A stretch of 64,000 bases of DNA, taken from the NCBI GenBank assembly GCA_051003195.1, contig JBPCLP010000045.1, positions 64,001 through 128,000 on the forward strand, in the 5' to 3' direction. Shown here piece by piece: positions 10,693 to 19,254 of the stretch. The stretch comes from Candidatus Sumerlaeaceae bacterium. GTDB lineage: Bacteria; Sumerlaeota; Sumerlaeia; Sumerlaeales; Sumerlaeaceae. Numbering within the stretch: the first letter of the stretch is position 1; each line of letters begins with the position of its first letter. Made by a program: the position numbers and the translations under genes. The notes under the pieces are model-generated. The model saw nothing but the letters and a program-made list of their open reading frames with translations. It was not told the DNA's origin and did not search any database.

Positions 10693-13443
10693 ATGAACAA
10701 CAATAACCCGATGCGGATTGCCGTAGTTGCAGCAGTCGCACTGTTATCCCTTTGGTTGATCTATCCCACAATCCGCTACTTCCTCGCGGTTTCGGAGAAG
10801 TGGCCGGTACCGAGCCAATTGGCAGAGGCCGGGACCCCACAGCGCGTCGAGGCCGAAAGTAAACTCGATGATCTGCGGCGGGCCAGTGTGCCCCTTGGCC
10901 TCGATCTCCAGGGTGGCGTTGACGTTCTGCTGGCCGTGGATACGGCAAAGACACGCCAGTCGAAGGTCGAAGAATTCTCTGAACGTCTCGTCCAGGAATT
11001 CCGTCAGCAAAGCCCAACCATCGATGCGAAAGTTGAAGTCACTTCTGGTAGTGAGTCACTTCAGGTTACGCTGAACCGCTCTGAGCAAGAGCGCAGCGTG
11101 GACAACATCCTTACGCGCTTCAAAAATGACGGGGTCTTCAAAGATTATGCCTCCGGAAGCATCAAGGCTGGAACGCCTCTTCGTATCGATATCGACAAGC
11201 AGGCGCTCGACTACGACGTAACGAAGTCGGTCGATAGTTCTATTAAGGTACTCCGTGACCGAGTGGATGGACTTGGCGTTACGCAGCCGGTCGTAGCCAA
11301 GGAAGGCACCGACCGGATCCGTGTGCAGATACCAGGAGAGAAGGACCCGGAACGCGCACTTTCTAACATCATTCGTCCTGCAAAGCTGGAATTCCGCGGA
11401 GTATACTCGAAACCAGCTGGCACCGGACCGGACGGCAAGCCCGCGTTCATGGACGGCAGCAGTGAGATTGTCGATGTCCTGAGCGGTAAAGTGCTGGCGG
11501 GAAAACAAATCCCCTATGGTTACGAAGTGCGTAAACACAAGCGCCCGAAGAAGCGCGAGGAAACAACAACTGAAACGCAGTACACGTATATTCTTGTCAA
11601 GAAACGCTCCGAGCTGACCGGGGCGGCGTTGCGGGATGCGCGTACCAACATCAGCCAGGCCGGCCCAAACGCGGGCCAGTGGCAAGTCCTGGTTGAATTT
11701 AACAAGGACGGAGCGAAGCGCTTCGCTCAGATTTCCCAGGATTTCCTGTACAAGCAATTGGCTGTCATGCTCGACGGCGTAATCTACACGGCCCCAACGA
11801 TACAATCACACATCAGCGAAGGTAATTGCGAGATCACTGGAAGCTTTACGCAAGACGAGGCACACGATCTGAGCCTGGTTCTCAAGGCAGGTGCGCTTCC
11901 AGCCGAACTGGTGGCAAAAGACCGGCGTACGGTGGAAGCAACACTGGGCGCCGACTCCATAAAAGCTTCACTGTTTGCGCTGCTCGCTGGCAGCTTGCTG
12001 GTCGCGGCGTACATGATCGCTTATTACGGCATGGCGGGTGTAATTGCAGTAGTCGCCGTCTTCATCAACGTACTTCTGATTTTCGCCTTCATGCGGCTGG
12101 CCAGCGCGACACTGACGTTATCCGGCATTGGTGGTATTCTGCTGACCGTTGGTATGGCAGTCGACGCGAACATTTTGATCTACGAGAGAATCCGCGAGGA
12201 GATCAAATCGGGCAAAAATATGCGCGCTGCGATCATCACCGGTTTTAATCGTGCGTACTCGGTCATTTTTGATACGAACCTCACCACCTTAATCTCCGGC
12301 CTTATTCTGCTGCAATTCGGTGAAGGAAGCGTGAAGGGTTTCGCCCTCGCGCTGAACATCGGTATATTGGCGACACTGTTCACGGGTCTGTTTGTGACGA
12401 GAACACTTGTCGATCTATGGTTCAGCAAAACTGGAGGTTTGAATCTCGGCAAGTTCCAGTGGCTCCGGGATAATTTCAATTTCGACTTCATCGGGCTGCG
12501 CAAATACTCCTTCGCCTTTTCGGGAATTCTGTTCCTTGCATGCGCTCTCTATATTGGCGTTGCCGGTTCGAACTGGGGTGTCGATTTTGAGGGCGGTGTG
12601 CTCGCCGAAATCGAAACCACCAAGCAGGTCGCATCCCACGACGTGCAGGGCAAGTACTCCGACTGGCGTATCCAGAAGGTGGCTGGCAAAAACCGCTTTA
12701 TGGTCCGTGCGAAGACCGTAACGCAGGATCCGAACACTCAGCTGATCCAGACTCAGAAGGAAATCACCAATCGGCTGGACCAGACACTCGGCGCTGGCAA
12801 TTATACGGTGCTGGGAACGACGGCGGTTGGAACCGAGGTAGGAGCACAGTTTACCAGGCACGCAATCACTGCCTGCCTGGTCGGCTCGCTATGCATCCTT
12901 GGCTACCTGGCGTTCCGGTTCGAGTTTATGTTCGGACTCGCAGCCGTCATTGCTCTGTTCCACGATCTGATTATCACATACGGCTTGTATAACATGTTCG
13001 GGCGGCTCGACTGGGCGGGCGATGTGACGCTTGATGTTGTATCGGGACTGCTGGTGGTGCTCGGGTTCTCCGTGCACGATACCATTATCATTCTCGACCG
13101 CATTCGCGAAAACATGCGATTGCGGCCTGGCCTGAAATTCCGGGAGATCATAGATTTGAGTATCTCCGAGACCATGAATCGCACGATCTCGACCGTTAGC
13201 ACGGTTCTGCTCGTGCTGATTGTCATGCTGATATTCGGCGGTGGTGGTCTGCACGATTTCGCCCTCGTTCTTTTAATCGGAATTATCAAAGGTGCCTACT
13301 CGTCGAGTTTCATCGCAGCCCCGATTCTGTACGAATTGCATGAGCGGGCCCTCAGGAAGGGTAAGCATTTGAAGCTCCGCTCGCAGCGTCCGCAAAGCGG
13401 GGCGGGAGAACCGGGACGTAGAATGGCTGGTAGCAAGGCCTAG
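10693..13443 (+). CDS. secDF: Fused protein translocase SecD/SecF
   Basis: LGLDLQGG, LKAGALP, GMAVDANILIYERIREE (SecD part); GVDFEGG, HDTIIILDRIREN (SecF part). Confidence 0.96.
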   Translation: MNNNNPMRIAVVAAVALLSLWLIYPTIRYFLAVSEKWPVPSQLAEAGTPQRVEAESKLDDLRRASVPLGLDLQGGVDVLLAVDTAKTRQSKVEEFSERLVQEFRQQSPTIDAKVEVTSGSESLQVTLNRSEQERSVDNILTRFKNDGVFKDYASGSIKAGTPLRIDIDKQALDYDVTKSVDSSIKVLRDRVDGLGVTQPVVAKEGTDRIRVQIPGEKDPERALSNIIRPAKLEFRGVYSKPAGTGPDGKPAFMDGSSEIVDVLSGKVLAGKQIPYGYEVRKHKRPKKREETTTETQYTYILVKKRSELTGAALRDARTNISQAGPNAGQWQVLVEFNKDGAKRFAQISQDFLYKQLAVMLDGVIYTAPTIQSHISEGNCEITGSFTQDEAHDLSLVLKAGALPAELVAKDRRTVEATLGADSIKASLFALLAGSLLVAAYMIAYYGMAGVIAVVAVFINVLLIFAFMRLASATLTLSGIGGILLTVGMAVDANILIYERIREEIKSGKNMRAAIITGFNRAYSVIFDTNLTTLISGLILLQFGEGSVKGFALALNIGILATLFTGLFVTRTLVDLWFSKTGGLNLGKFQWLRDNFNFDFIGLRKYSFAFSGILFLACALYIGVAGSNWGVDFEGGVLAEIETTKQVASHDVQGKYSDWRIQKVAGKNRFMVRAKTVTQDPNTQLIQTQKEITNRLDQTLGAGNYTVLGTTAVGTEVGAQFTRHAITACLVGSLCILGYLAFRFEFMFGLAAVIALFHDLIITYGLYNMFGRLDWAGDVTLDVVSGLLVVLGFSVHDTIIILDRIRENMRLRPGLKFREIIDLSISETMNRTISTVSTVLLVLIVMLIFGGGGLHDFALVLLIGIIKGAYSSSFIAAPILYELHERALRKGKHLKLRSQRPQSGAGEPGRRMAGSKA

Positions 13444-13464
13444 CCAGGCAGGATTCAGCATTGA

Positions 13465-13487
13465 GGGCGGCTGATTATCAGCCGCCC
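13465..13487 (+). terminator. Stem-loop after secDF
   Basis: gggcggctga-tta-tcagccgccc, a perfect 10-bp stem with a weak U tail. Confidence 0.5.
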
Positions 13488-13561
13488 ATTGCCTGCGTCG
13501 CAATTCACTTTGTCTGAATGCCGGTTGAATTGTGATTTTTGCAGTATGTAACGTTGCTCAA

Positions 13562-14170
13562 ATGTCCTCCCGAAAACCCTCAAGCCTCCAGGTCGGATTT
13601 GATGTGTTCGAGAGGCACGCCGAGTATCAACTTGCTCAGCTGGAACGACTTTTGCGGGCGAGTAAGGCCCTGGACGAGGCTGGCCTTTTATATGGGATTG
13701 TCGGAGGTCAGGCAGTAGCGGCGCACGTTTCCACAGTTGACCCGGATGCGGTGCGATCCACCCGCGATGTGGACATGTTGATCCGGCGTGACGATCTGTC
13801 TCAAATCAAGCTAGCGCTGGCATCAGCCGGATTTCACTACCGTCATGTTGCAGGATTGGATATGTTCCTGGATGGCCCGCATGGCAAACCATCCAGTGGA
13901 ATTCACCTGGTATTTGCGGGCGAGCGCGTTCGCGCGGAAAACAAAACCGCGGCCCCCAATATAACCGAGACTCTACAATCTCAGAGCGGATTCAAGGTCA
14001 TCACTTTGGATGCGCTTGTACGGATGAAATTGACAAGTTACCGCCTTAAAGACCAAGTACACCTGCAGGACCTTATTGGCGTGGGCCTCATTGATGGCTC
14101 ATGGCCAGCCCTGTATCCGTCACCATTGCGCGAGCGCTTGCAGGCGGTTATCGACAACCCGGATGGATAG
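13562..14170 (+). CDS. Putative nucleotidyltransferase-fold protein (AbiEii/MenT-like), paralog of 60519-61124
   Basis: YGIVGGQAV...RSTRDVDML and MKLTSYRLKDQVHLQD motifs. ATG 13562 preferred over GTG 13532. Confidence 0.7.
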   Translation: MSSRKPSSLQVGFDVFERHAEYQLAQLERLLRASKALDEAGLLYGIVGGQAVAAHVSTVDPDAVRSTRDVDMLIRRDDLSQIKLALASAGFHYRHVAGLDMFLDGPHGKPSSGIHLVFAGERVRAENKTAAPNITETLQSQSGFKVITLDALVRMKLTSYRLKDQVHLQDLIGVGLIDGSWPALYPSPLRERLQAVIDNPDG

Positions 14171-14314
14171 CCTGCATTGTCGCGATTTGCGGCAAACACT
14201 TTTCTCCCTCAATGGCCGCCCTCTGCATAGCTTGTTACTTTGGCGTTGAATCCCTTGCAATTGCTCGCTGCCAACCTGTGGCTGAGCTTCCATTTTCGCC
14301 AATGGAGGCATTGA

Positions 14315-16396
14315 ATGAAGGATTTTCCGACTGCACAGATTCGTAACGTCGCCCTCGCCGGGCACTCACATTCGGGTAAGACGTCGCTGTTGGAGGCGAT
14401 TCTCTATAACCTGAAGGTCACGGATCGCCTCGGGCGGACGGAAGATGGAACCACTGTTTCGGATTACGATGCCGAGGAAGTCCGCAGGCAAATCTCTATT
14501 AATGCTTCGTTGGTCCCAGTCGAACATCGTACGCATAAAATTAATTTTATCGATGTGCCGGGCACCCGTGATTTCATTGGCGAAATGCGCAACGCAGTCC
14601 GGGTAGCTGACGCCATGGTAATCATGGTTGATGCCACCAGCGGTGTCGAAGTCGGTACGGAGCTCGCCTATGATCTGGCGGAAGAGTTCAAGCTGCCGCG
14701 GATGTTTGTTATAAATAAAATCAACCATGATCGCGCCACTTTTGAAAAACCTTTGCAGCAAATCCGCGATACATTCGGCTGCAATACCGTCCTGCTCAAC
14801 TTCCCGTACGGCGAGGCCACTGCATTCAAGGGGTGCATTAATCTACTCCGAATGAAGCTCGGCGCCGGTGACGCAGGAAAGGTGAACTACTCAGACATTC
14901 CTTCCGATCTAGCCGATCGAGCCAACGAGCTCCGGGCGTCGCTCATTGAGGCCGCTGCCGAAGGCGACGACGAGCTCACGGCAAAGTTCCTGGACGGAGA
15001 GACATTGACCGAGGGCGAAGTACTGCGTGGGTTAAAGGAAGACCTGCTCGAGCATCGTATTTGTCCTGTCATCACTGCCAGCGCGACGGAGGGCGCAGGG
15101 TGCATGGGATTGCTGGACTTCATTATCGAGTGTTTCCCCGCTCCGGGCGAAGAAGGGCCCTTCAAGGCGCGAGACGTAAAGGGCAATCGCGACTTCGAAC
15201 TGAAGTATGACCCAGATGGGCCGACGGCCGCGTTCGTATTTAAGACTGTAAGCGATCCGTTCGCTGGTCATTTAAGTTTCTTCAAGGTTCTGAATGGCAC
15301 TGTGAAAAATGATACCGTGCTATTGAACACCACGCGTGGCGCCGAGGAGCGGATTAATCATCTGCAAACCATGCGCGGAAAAAAACCCGACCCGGTGGAA
15401 ATGGTGCCTACTGGCGACATCGGCGTGCTATCCAAGCTGAACCACACGCACACAAATGATACGCTGTGCGATTCAAAGGCGCCCGTGCGCGTCGACCCAA
15501 CCGGTGTACCACCGCACACCATTCACATGGCAATCCGCGCCAAGAGCAAAGAAGACGAAGAACGCATTGGCATCGCCATGCATCGCCTTATTGAGCAGGA
15601 TCCCACTCTGCACATTCACCGCGATTCAGCTATCCACCAGACGATTCTCAGCGGTATGGGTGATACGCACCTCGATGTTGCGGTCAGCCGGCTCAAAGCG
15701 CAGAGCAAGGTGGAAGTGGAACTGGAAAAGCCGCGGGTTGCCTACCGCGAAACCATTACCAAAAAAGCAGAGGGCCAGGGTAAGCACAAGAAACAGAGCG
15801 GTGGTCGCGGCCAGTATGGCGACTGCTGGATAAAGTTGGAACCATTGCCGGAAGGCAGCGGTTTCGAATTCGCATGGGCAGTGGTCGGTGGTGCGGTTCC
15901 CACTAAATACCAGCCATCGGTCGAAAAAGGCCTGCACCAGGCGCTCGAACGTGGCATTATCAGCGGGCATCGCGCCGTGGATATCAAGGCAGTGTGCTAC
16001 GACGGCAGCTACCACACGGTTGATTCAAGTGACATGGCATTTCAGGTGGCCGCCTCAAAAGCCTTCAAGAATGTCGCGAAGCAAGCCGGGCCCATTATCC
16101 TGGAGCCGATTTTTCGCCTAAAGGTAAACGTCCCGGAGCAGTATATGGGCGATGTGATGGGCGGCTTAAATAGCAAGCGGGGCAAGATACTGGGTATGGA
16201 CTCCGAGGGACGACGCCAGATCATCACAGCGCATGTTCCGCAATCCGAGATATTCGAGTACTCCAAGGAACTGCGCTCAATAACGCAGGGCCGTGGCACC
16301 TTTGAGGCCGAGTACCACCACTACGAGCGCGTTCCAGCCGACCTTCAGGCTAAGATCATAGCTGCCTCTGCACCCGAGGCTGCAGAAGAGGATTAA
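14315..16396 (+). CDS. Elongation factor G paralog (EF-G2/FusA2-like)
   Basis: Full EF-G architecture: GHSHSGKTS, RQISI, DVPG, GMGDTHL, YRETI, KKQSGGRGQYG, DSSDMAF, LRSITQGRG. G motifs are non-canonical. Confidence 0.93.
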   Translation: MKDFPTAQIRNVALAGHSHSGKTSLLEAILYNLKVTDRLGRTEDGTTVSDYDAEEVRRQISINASLVPVEHRTHKINFIDVPGTRDFIGEMRNAVRVADAMVIMVDATSGVEVGTELAYDLAEEFKLPRMFVINKINHDRATFEKPLQQIRDTFGCNTVLLNFPYGEATAFKGCINLLRMKLGAGDAGKVNYSDIPSDLADRANELRASLIEAAAEGDDELTAKFLDGETLTEGEVLRGLKEDLLEHRICPVITASATEGAGCMGLLDFIIECFPAPGEEGPFKARDVKGNRDFELKYDPDGPTAAFVFKTVSDPFAGHLSFFKVLNGTVKNDTVLLNTTRGAEERINHLQTMRGKKPDPVEMVPTGDIGVLSKLNHTHTNDTLCDSKAPVRVDPTGVPPHTIHMAIRAKSKEDEERIGIAMHRLIEQDPTLHIHRDSAIHQTILSGMGDTHLDVAVSRLKAQSKVEVELEKPRVAYRETITKKAEGQGKHKKQSGGRGQYGDCWIKLEPLPEGSGFEFAWAVVGGAVPTKYQPSVEKGLHQALERGIISGHRAVDIKAVCYDGSYHTVDSSDMAFQVAASKAFKNVAKQAGPIILEPIFRLKVNVPEQYMGDVMGGLNSKRGKILGMDSEGRRQIITAHVPQSEIFEYSKELRSITQGRGTFEAEYHHYERVPADLQAKIIAASAPEAAEED

Positions 16397-16579
16397 GCGG
16401 AGTTCGTTAGCGAACCACGCTGCCAAAAACGTTCCTTTTGGTGCGGCTACAACAGGCGCATTGACCGGCATGCCACTCGTCGAAGCTGCATAGCTTACTG
16501 TTCGGAAACGACTTACATGCGTTTTTCCCAACCTGGTAAGTGGTGGCTTATCTATTGCACAGAGTGGCGCAAAGTTTAC

Positions 16580-16670
16580 GAAGATCCGTGGGATCTTCAG
16601 AATTCTGCGAGAGGGAAGCCGCAGAAGAGGGGCTGAATCCAAGCGCGAGGGATTCGGCCCCTCGTCTTTT
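16580..16670 (+). ncRNA. Candidate structured small RNA (three adjacent hairpins ending in a U-rich tail)
   Basis: gaagatcc/ggatcttc, ttctgcg/cgcagaa and gaggggctgaatcc/ggattcggcccctc (G-U pair only on the + strand), then gtctttt. Confidence 0.4.
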
Positions 16671-16726
16671 AGTTCGGGCCGACTCTAGGCCAAGGTCTGG
16701 TAAGGAACTACTGATTCGACACCTAG
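16671..16726. mobile_element. Partial copy (right half) of the YTAG-ended MITE-like family
   Basis: ggtaaggaactactgattcgacacctag; the first 20 nt are identical to 19230-19249. Upstream agttc..gccgactctaggccaaggtct aligns with 53738-53772. Confidence 0.7.
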
Positions 16727-16898
16727 GGACGGATTGGCACTATTCCTGCCCTTAATGCCTCATCTTTGCAGCATGCGAGGTTGAGAATGGCGCTCGGTTG
16801 CTCCCCATTCTCCCAATCGCGCTGAATGGGAAGAAAACATAACACAATGGTGAGTTGTCCTATACTTGTATTGAAACCATGAAGACGAGGATGCACAC

Positions 16899-17606
16899 GT
16901 GCGTACACTGAAGACTTTGTTAATAGCCTCGGCAGTTGTGGGGGCAGGCATCACGACAAACGCGCAGGTGGTCTCTACACCCGCGCCGCCGATCGTGATT
17001 GGGCTTCCGGCGGGAGCGACATATCCGCAGGTCGTAAGCAGCAATCCGACCAACGGCAGTAAGGGTGTGACTCCCGGCTCGCGACAGATCATCATTAATT
17101 TTGATCAGCCAATGAACACTGCAACCTTCTACTGGCAGGCGCCAGCAAACCTGCCGCTGACTCAAACACCGTATTGGACCAACGGCAACAAGACGTTCAC
17201 CATTCCAGTGCAATTGCAGAACAATACGACCTACCAGATCCCGCTGAATGCAAGCGACCAGGCATTCAAAAGTGCCCAGGGCGTACCTTTGCCGTCCGGA
17301 TACATCACCTTTACAACGGGACAGGGCGGAGTCGTAGCACCACGCACTCGCAGGGGCGGTGTGCCGACTCCCGCCGGGGGCGTTAACATGCCCTCCGCTG
17401 GTGGCACCTTCAACAACGTCCCCACGAACAACCCCGGGATTAGATCGGGAACATCGGCTGCGCGCCCGGCTGGAGCGCCGAAGCAGCCCCAGCAGACTCC
17501 AACCTTTGGTTCACCATCCGGGCCGACGAACACACCGGGCCCACAATTTAAAGGCAGTAGCAGCGTTCGGAGCCGTTCAGCGACCCCAACTCCGCGACCC
17601 CAGTAA
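16899..17606 (+). CDS. Secreted Ig-like (Big_5-type) domain protein with Pro/Gly/Thr-rich tail
   Basis: Signal peptide; PQVVSSNPTNGSKGV...IIINFDQPMN...LQNNTTYQI...ITFTT. Confidence 0.75.
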   Translation: MRTLKTLLIASAVVGAGITTNAQVVSTPAPPIVIGLPAGATYPQVVSSNPTNGSKGVTPGSRQIIINFDQPMNTATFYWQAPANLPLTQTPYWTNGNKTFTIPVQLQNNTTYQIPLNASDQAFKSAQGVPLPSGYITFTTGQGGVVAPRTRRGGVPTPAGGVNMPSAGGTFNNVPTNNPGIRSGTSAARPAGAPKQPQQTPTFGSPSGPTNTPGPQFKGSSSVRSRSATPTPRPQ

Positions 17607-17790
17607 GCGGACGATGGGCCACTAAAGCAGCTTACGGAACAGTCCAAACATCCTGGTGTGGTCTCCCGTTAGTTCGTAATCAGTTCTGTGTGCCCAATAG
17701 GATGCACATATGCCGGCTTCCAAGCCGTCGGCAATTGCCCAACTCGAAAGCACTGCACTAACGGTGAAACATAATAGAACTGCGTAGTTC

Positions 17791-18780
17791 TTAATAGGTC
17801 TGACGCGAATCACCGTGCGGGGTTATAAGCTCTCGAGTATCAGATGTAGTTTGTATGACAGCATCGACGGAAAGGACAGGTAAGATAGCAGTTGAATTGT
17901 ATAACCCGTTCCATATGACTCCCTTGCCGTAGAAATTGTTAATTCTAAAAAAAAAGCTGACCGGCGTTGGCTGGCTTGAAAAGCTCTCTGCCGGTATTTC
18001 GATAGCGTTTTGATAACCATCAGCTGGGGCGATATCCAAGCCGGGCGGAAACGTTCCGAATCTAGAATCTGGTTGGCTTGAGGCAATTTGAATACCATCA
18101 GTCGTCATATTGCTGCATACCCGCAATTGAGCATGTAATGAGTCCAATGAACCGTGGGAAACATGCTCGCTTGACTTGTCCACAATAAGCAAAGCACCGA
18201 AACTGGGTCGAAGCTCTGTGCCATACGGATACTCAAGTTCAGTTGAAGCAGTAGTCAAAAACAGCCAATCCAAACGATACTTGTTGGATGTCGTGTTAAC
18301 AACCAAGGCATTAACTTTCGCATTATTTCCCTCACCTAAGAGTCCGTGAATTTTCGATAATTTCGGTACTCTTTGCTTAGGCCAGAGTATTACGTTTTTT
18401 TGCCAGATGCGACATAATGGGTCAGTGGATGACCTATCACCACCTGATGTGCTGATTTCAAATTCAGACGAAAAGTATCCCGGTTTGCTGAAGCGCAATC
18501 CTAACCCACCCATTTTGGATCGGAGAACATCAAAATGGCCGTCAACCTTAGTTCTAGTCCTCTCTTGCCCCATATCCTGCTCACTCGGTCCATACAAACG
18601 GATGTCGCATCTGACATCGGTCAAAGTGTTTCCGGCCGGATCTACAATGTTACCGATCGCATGAATGTGTTGGGCCAGCGGCAGCTGCGAAATAGTCGGA
18701 TCATCCGCATACAGTGGAGCTGATAGCAGAAGAACTATACTAAAACAGATGACAAATAATGATAACAACTTCATCTTCAA
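17791..18780 (-). CDS. Secreted hypothetical protein with N-terminal carboxypeptidase-regulatory-like beta domain (cargo)
   Basis: Signal peptide MKMKLLSLFVICFSIVLLLSAPLYA; GNIVDPAGNTLTDV...DGHF...LRFSKPGYFS; AT-rich codons. Confidence 0.7.
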   Translation of the reverse strand: MKMKLLSLFVICFSIVLLLSAPLYADDPTISQLPLAQHIHAIGNIVDPAGNTLTDVRCDIRLYGPSEQDMGQERTRTKVDGHFDVLRSKMGGLGLRFSKPGYFSSEFEISTSGGDRSSTDPLCRIWQKNVILWPKQRVPKLSKIHGLLGEGNNAKVNALVVNTTSNKYRLDWLFLTTASTELEYPYGTELRPSFGALLIVDKSSEHVSHGSLDSLHAQLRVCSNMTTDGIQIASSQPDSRFGTFPPGLDIAPADGYQNAIEIPAESFSSQPTPVSFFFRINNFYGKGVIWNGLYNSTAILPVLSVDAVIQTTSDTRELITPHGDSRQTY

Positions 18781-18786
18781 TTTATC

Positions 18787-19125
18787 CTATGGCTCGCTTG
18801 GGCTAGAATGTTGCAACAGTCGTTCTTTAAAAGTCTGTTTGTACCAGTTCCATGTTTCATAGACTTTCTCTTGGAATAGAAAGGAATGCTCATTTAGGAT
18901 CCAGCCTCCCCTCCTAGCGTCAAAAGCTGCTCCATTTGGTACAAGACTTACGGCAGTATTTCCGGTCCTAGATGTAAGATCGCGTGCACCGAACGCTCGA
19001 TTTAAAACAGGTATTTCGACGCCTGGCCTATCTACGAGTTGCCTCTCCAATAAGCCCAGCCATTTGCTAAAATACTATTTAGCCTTGCCGCCCATTGAGT
19101 ATAGGTATAGGATGGAGTCACACAA
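18787..19125 (-). pseudogene. 5'-truncated, interrupted C-terminal gene fragment (cargo)
   Basis: 87-aa ORF ends 6 nt before the next ATG. The frame continues upstream through an in-frame TAG (19075-19077) to ...LYLYSMGGKAK. No convincing start. Confidence 0.45.
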
Positions 19126-19254
19126 TCATGCAGTTTATCATCGTCGTTACATGCATCACAGGTGCAACCCTCGCTGTCTCGGGCCCAAGTAAGTATCTGA
19201 CCACGGCTTACAGAAGTCCCCTGCCCTTTGGTAAGGAACTACTGATTCGGCACA

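Noticed and set aside
17623..17637. taaagcagcttacgg similar to 58950-58964
   Set aside because: A 14/15 match is expected by chance in 64 kb and does not extend.
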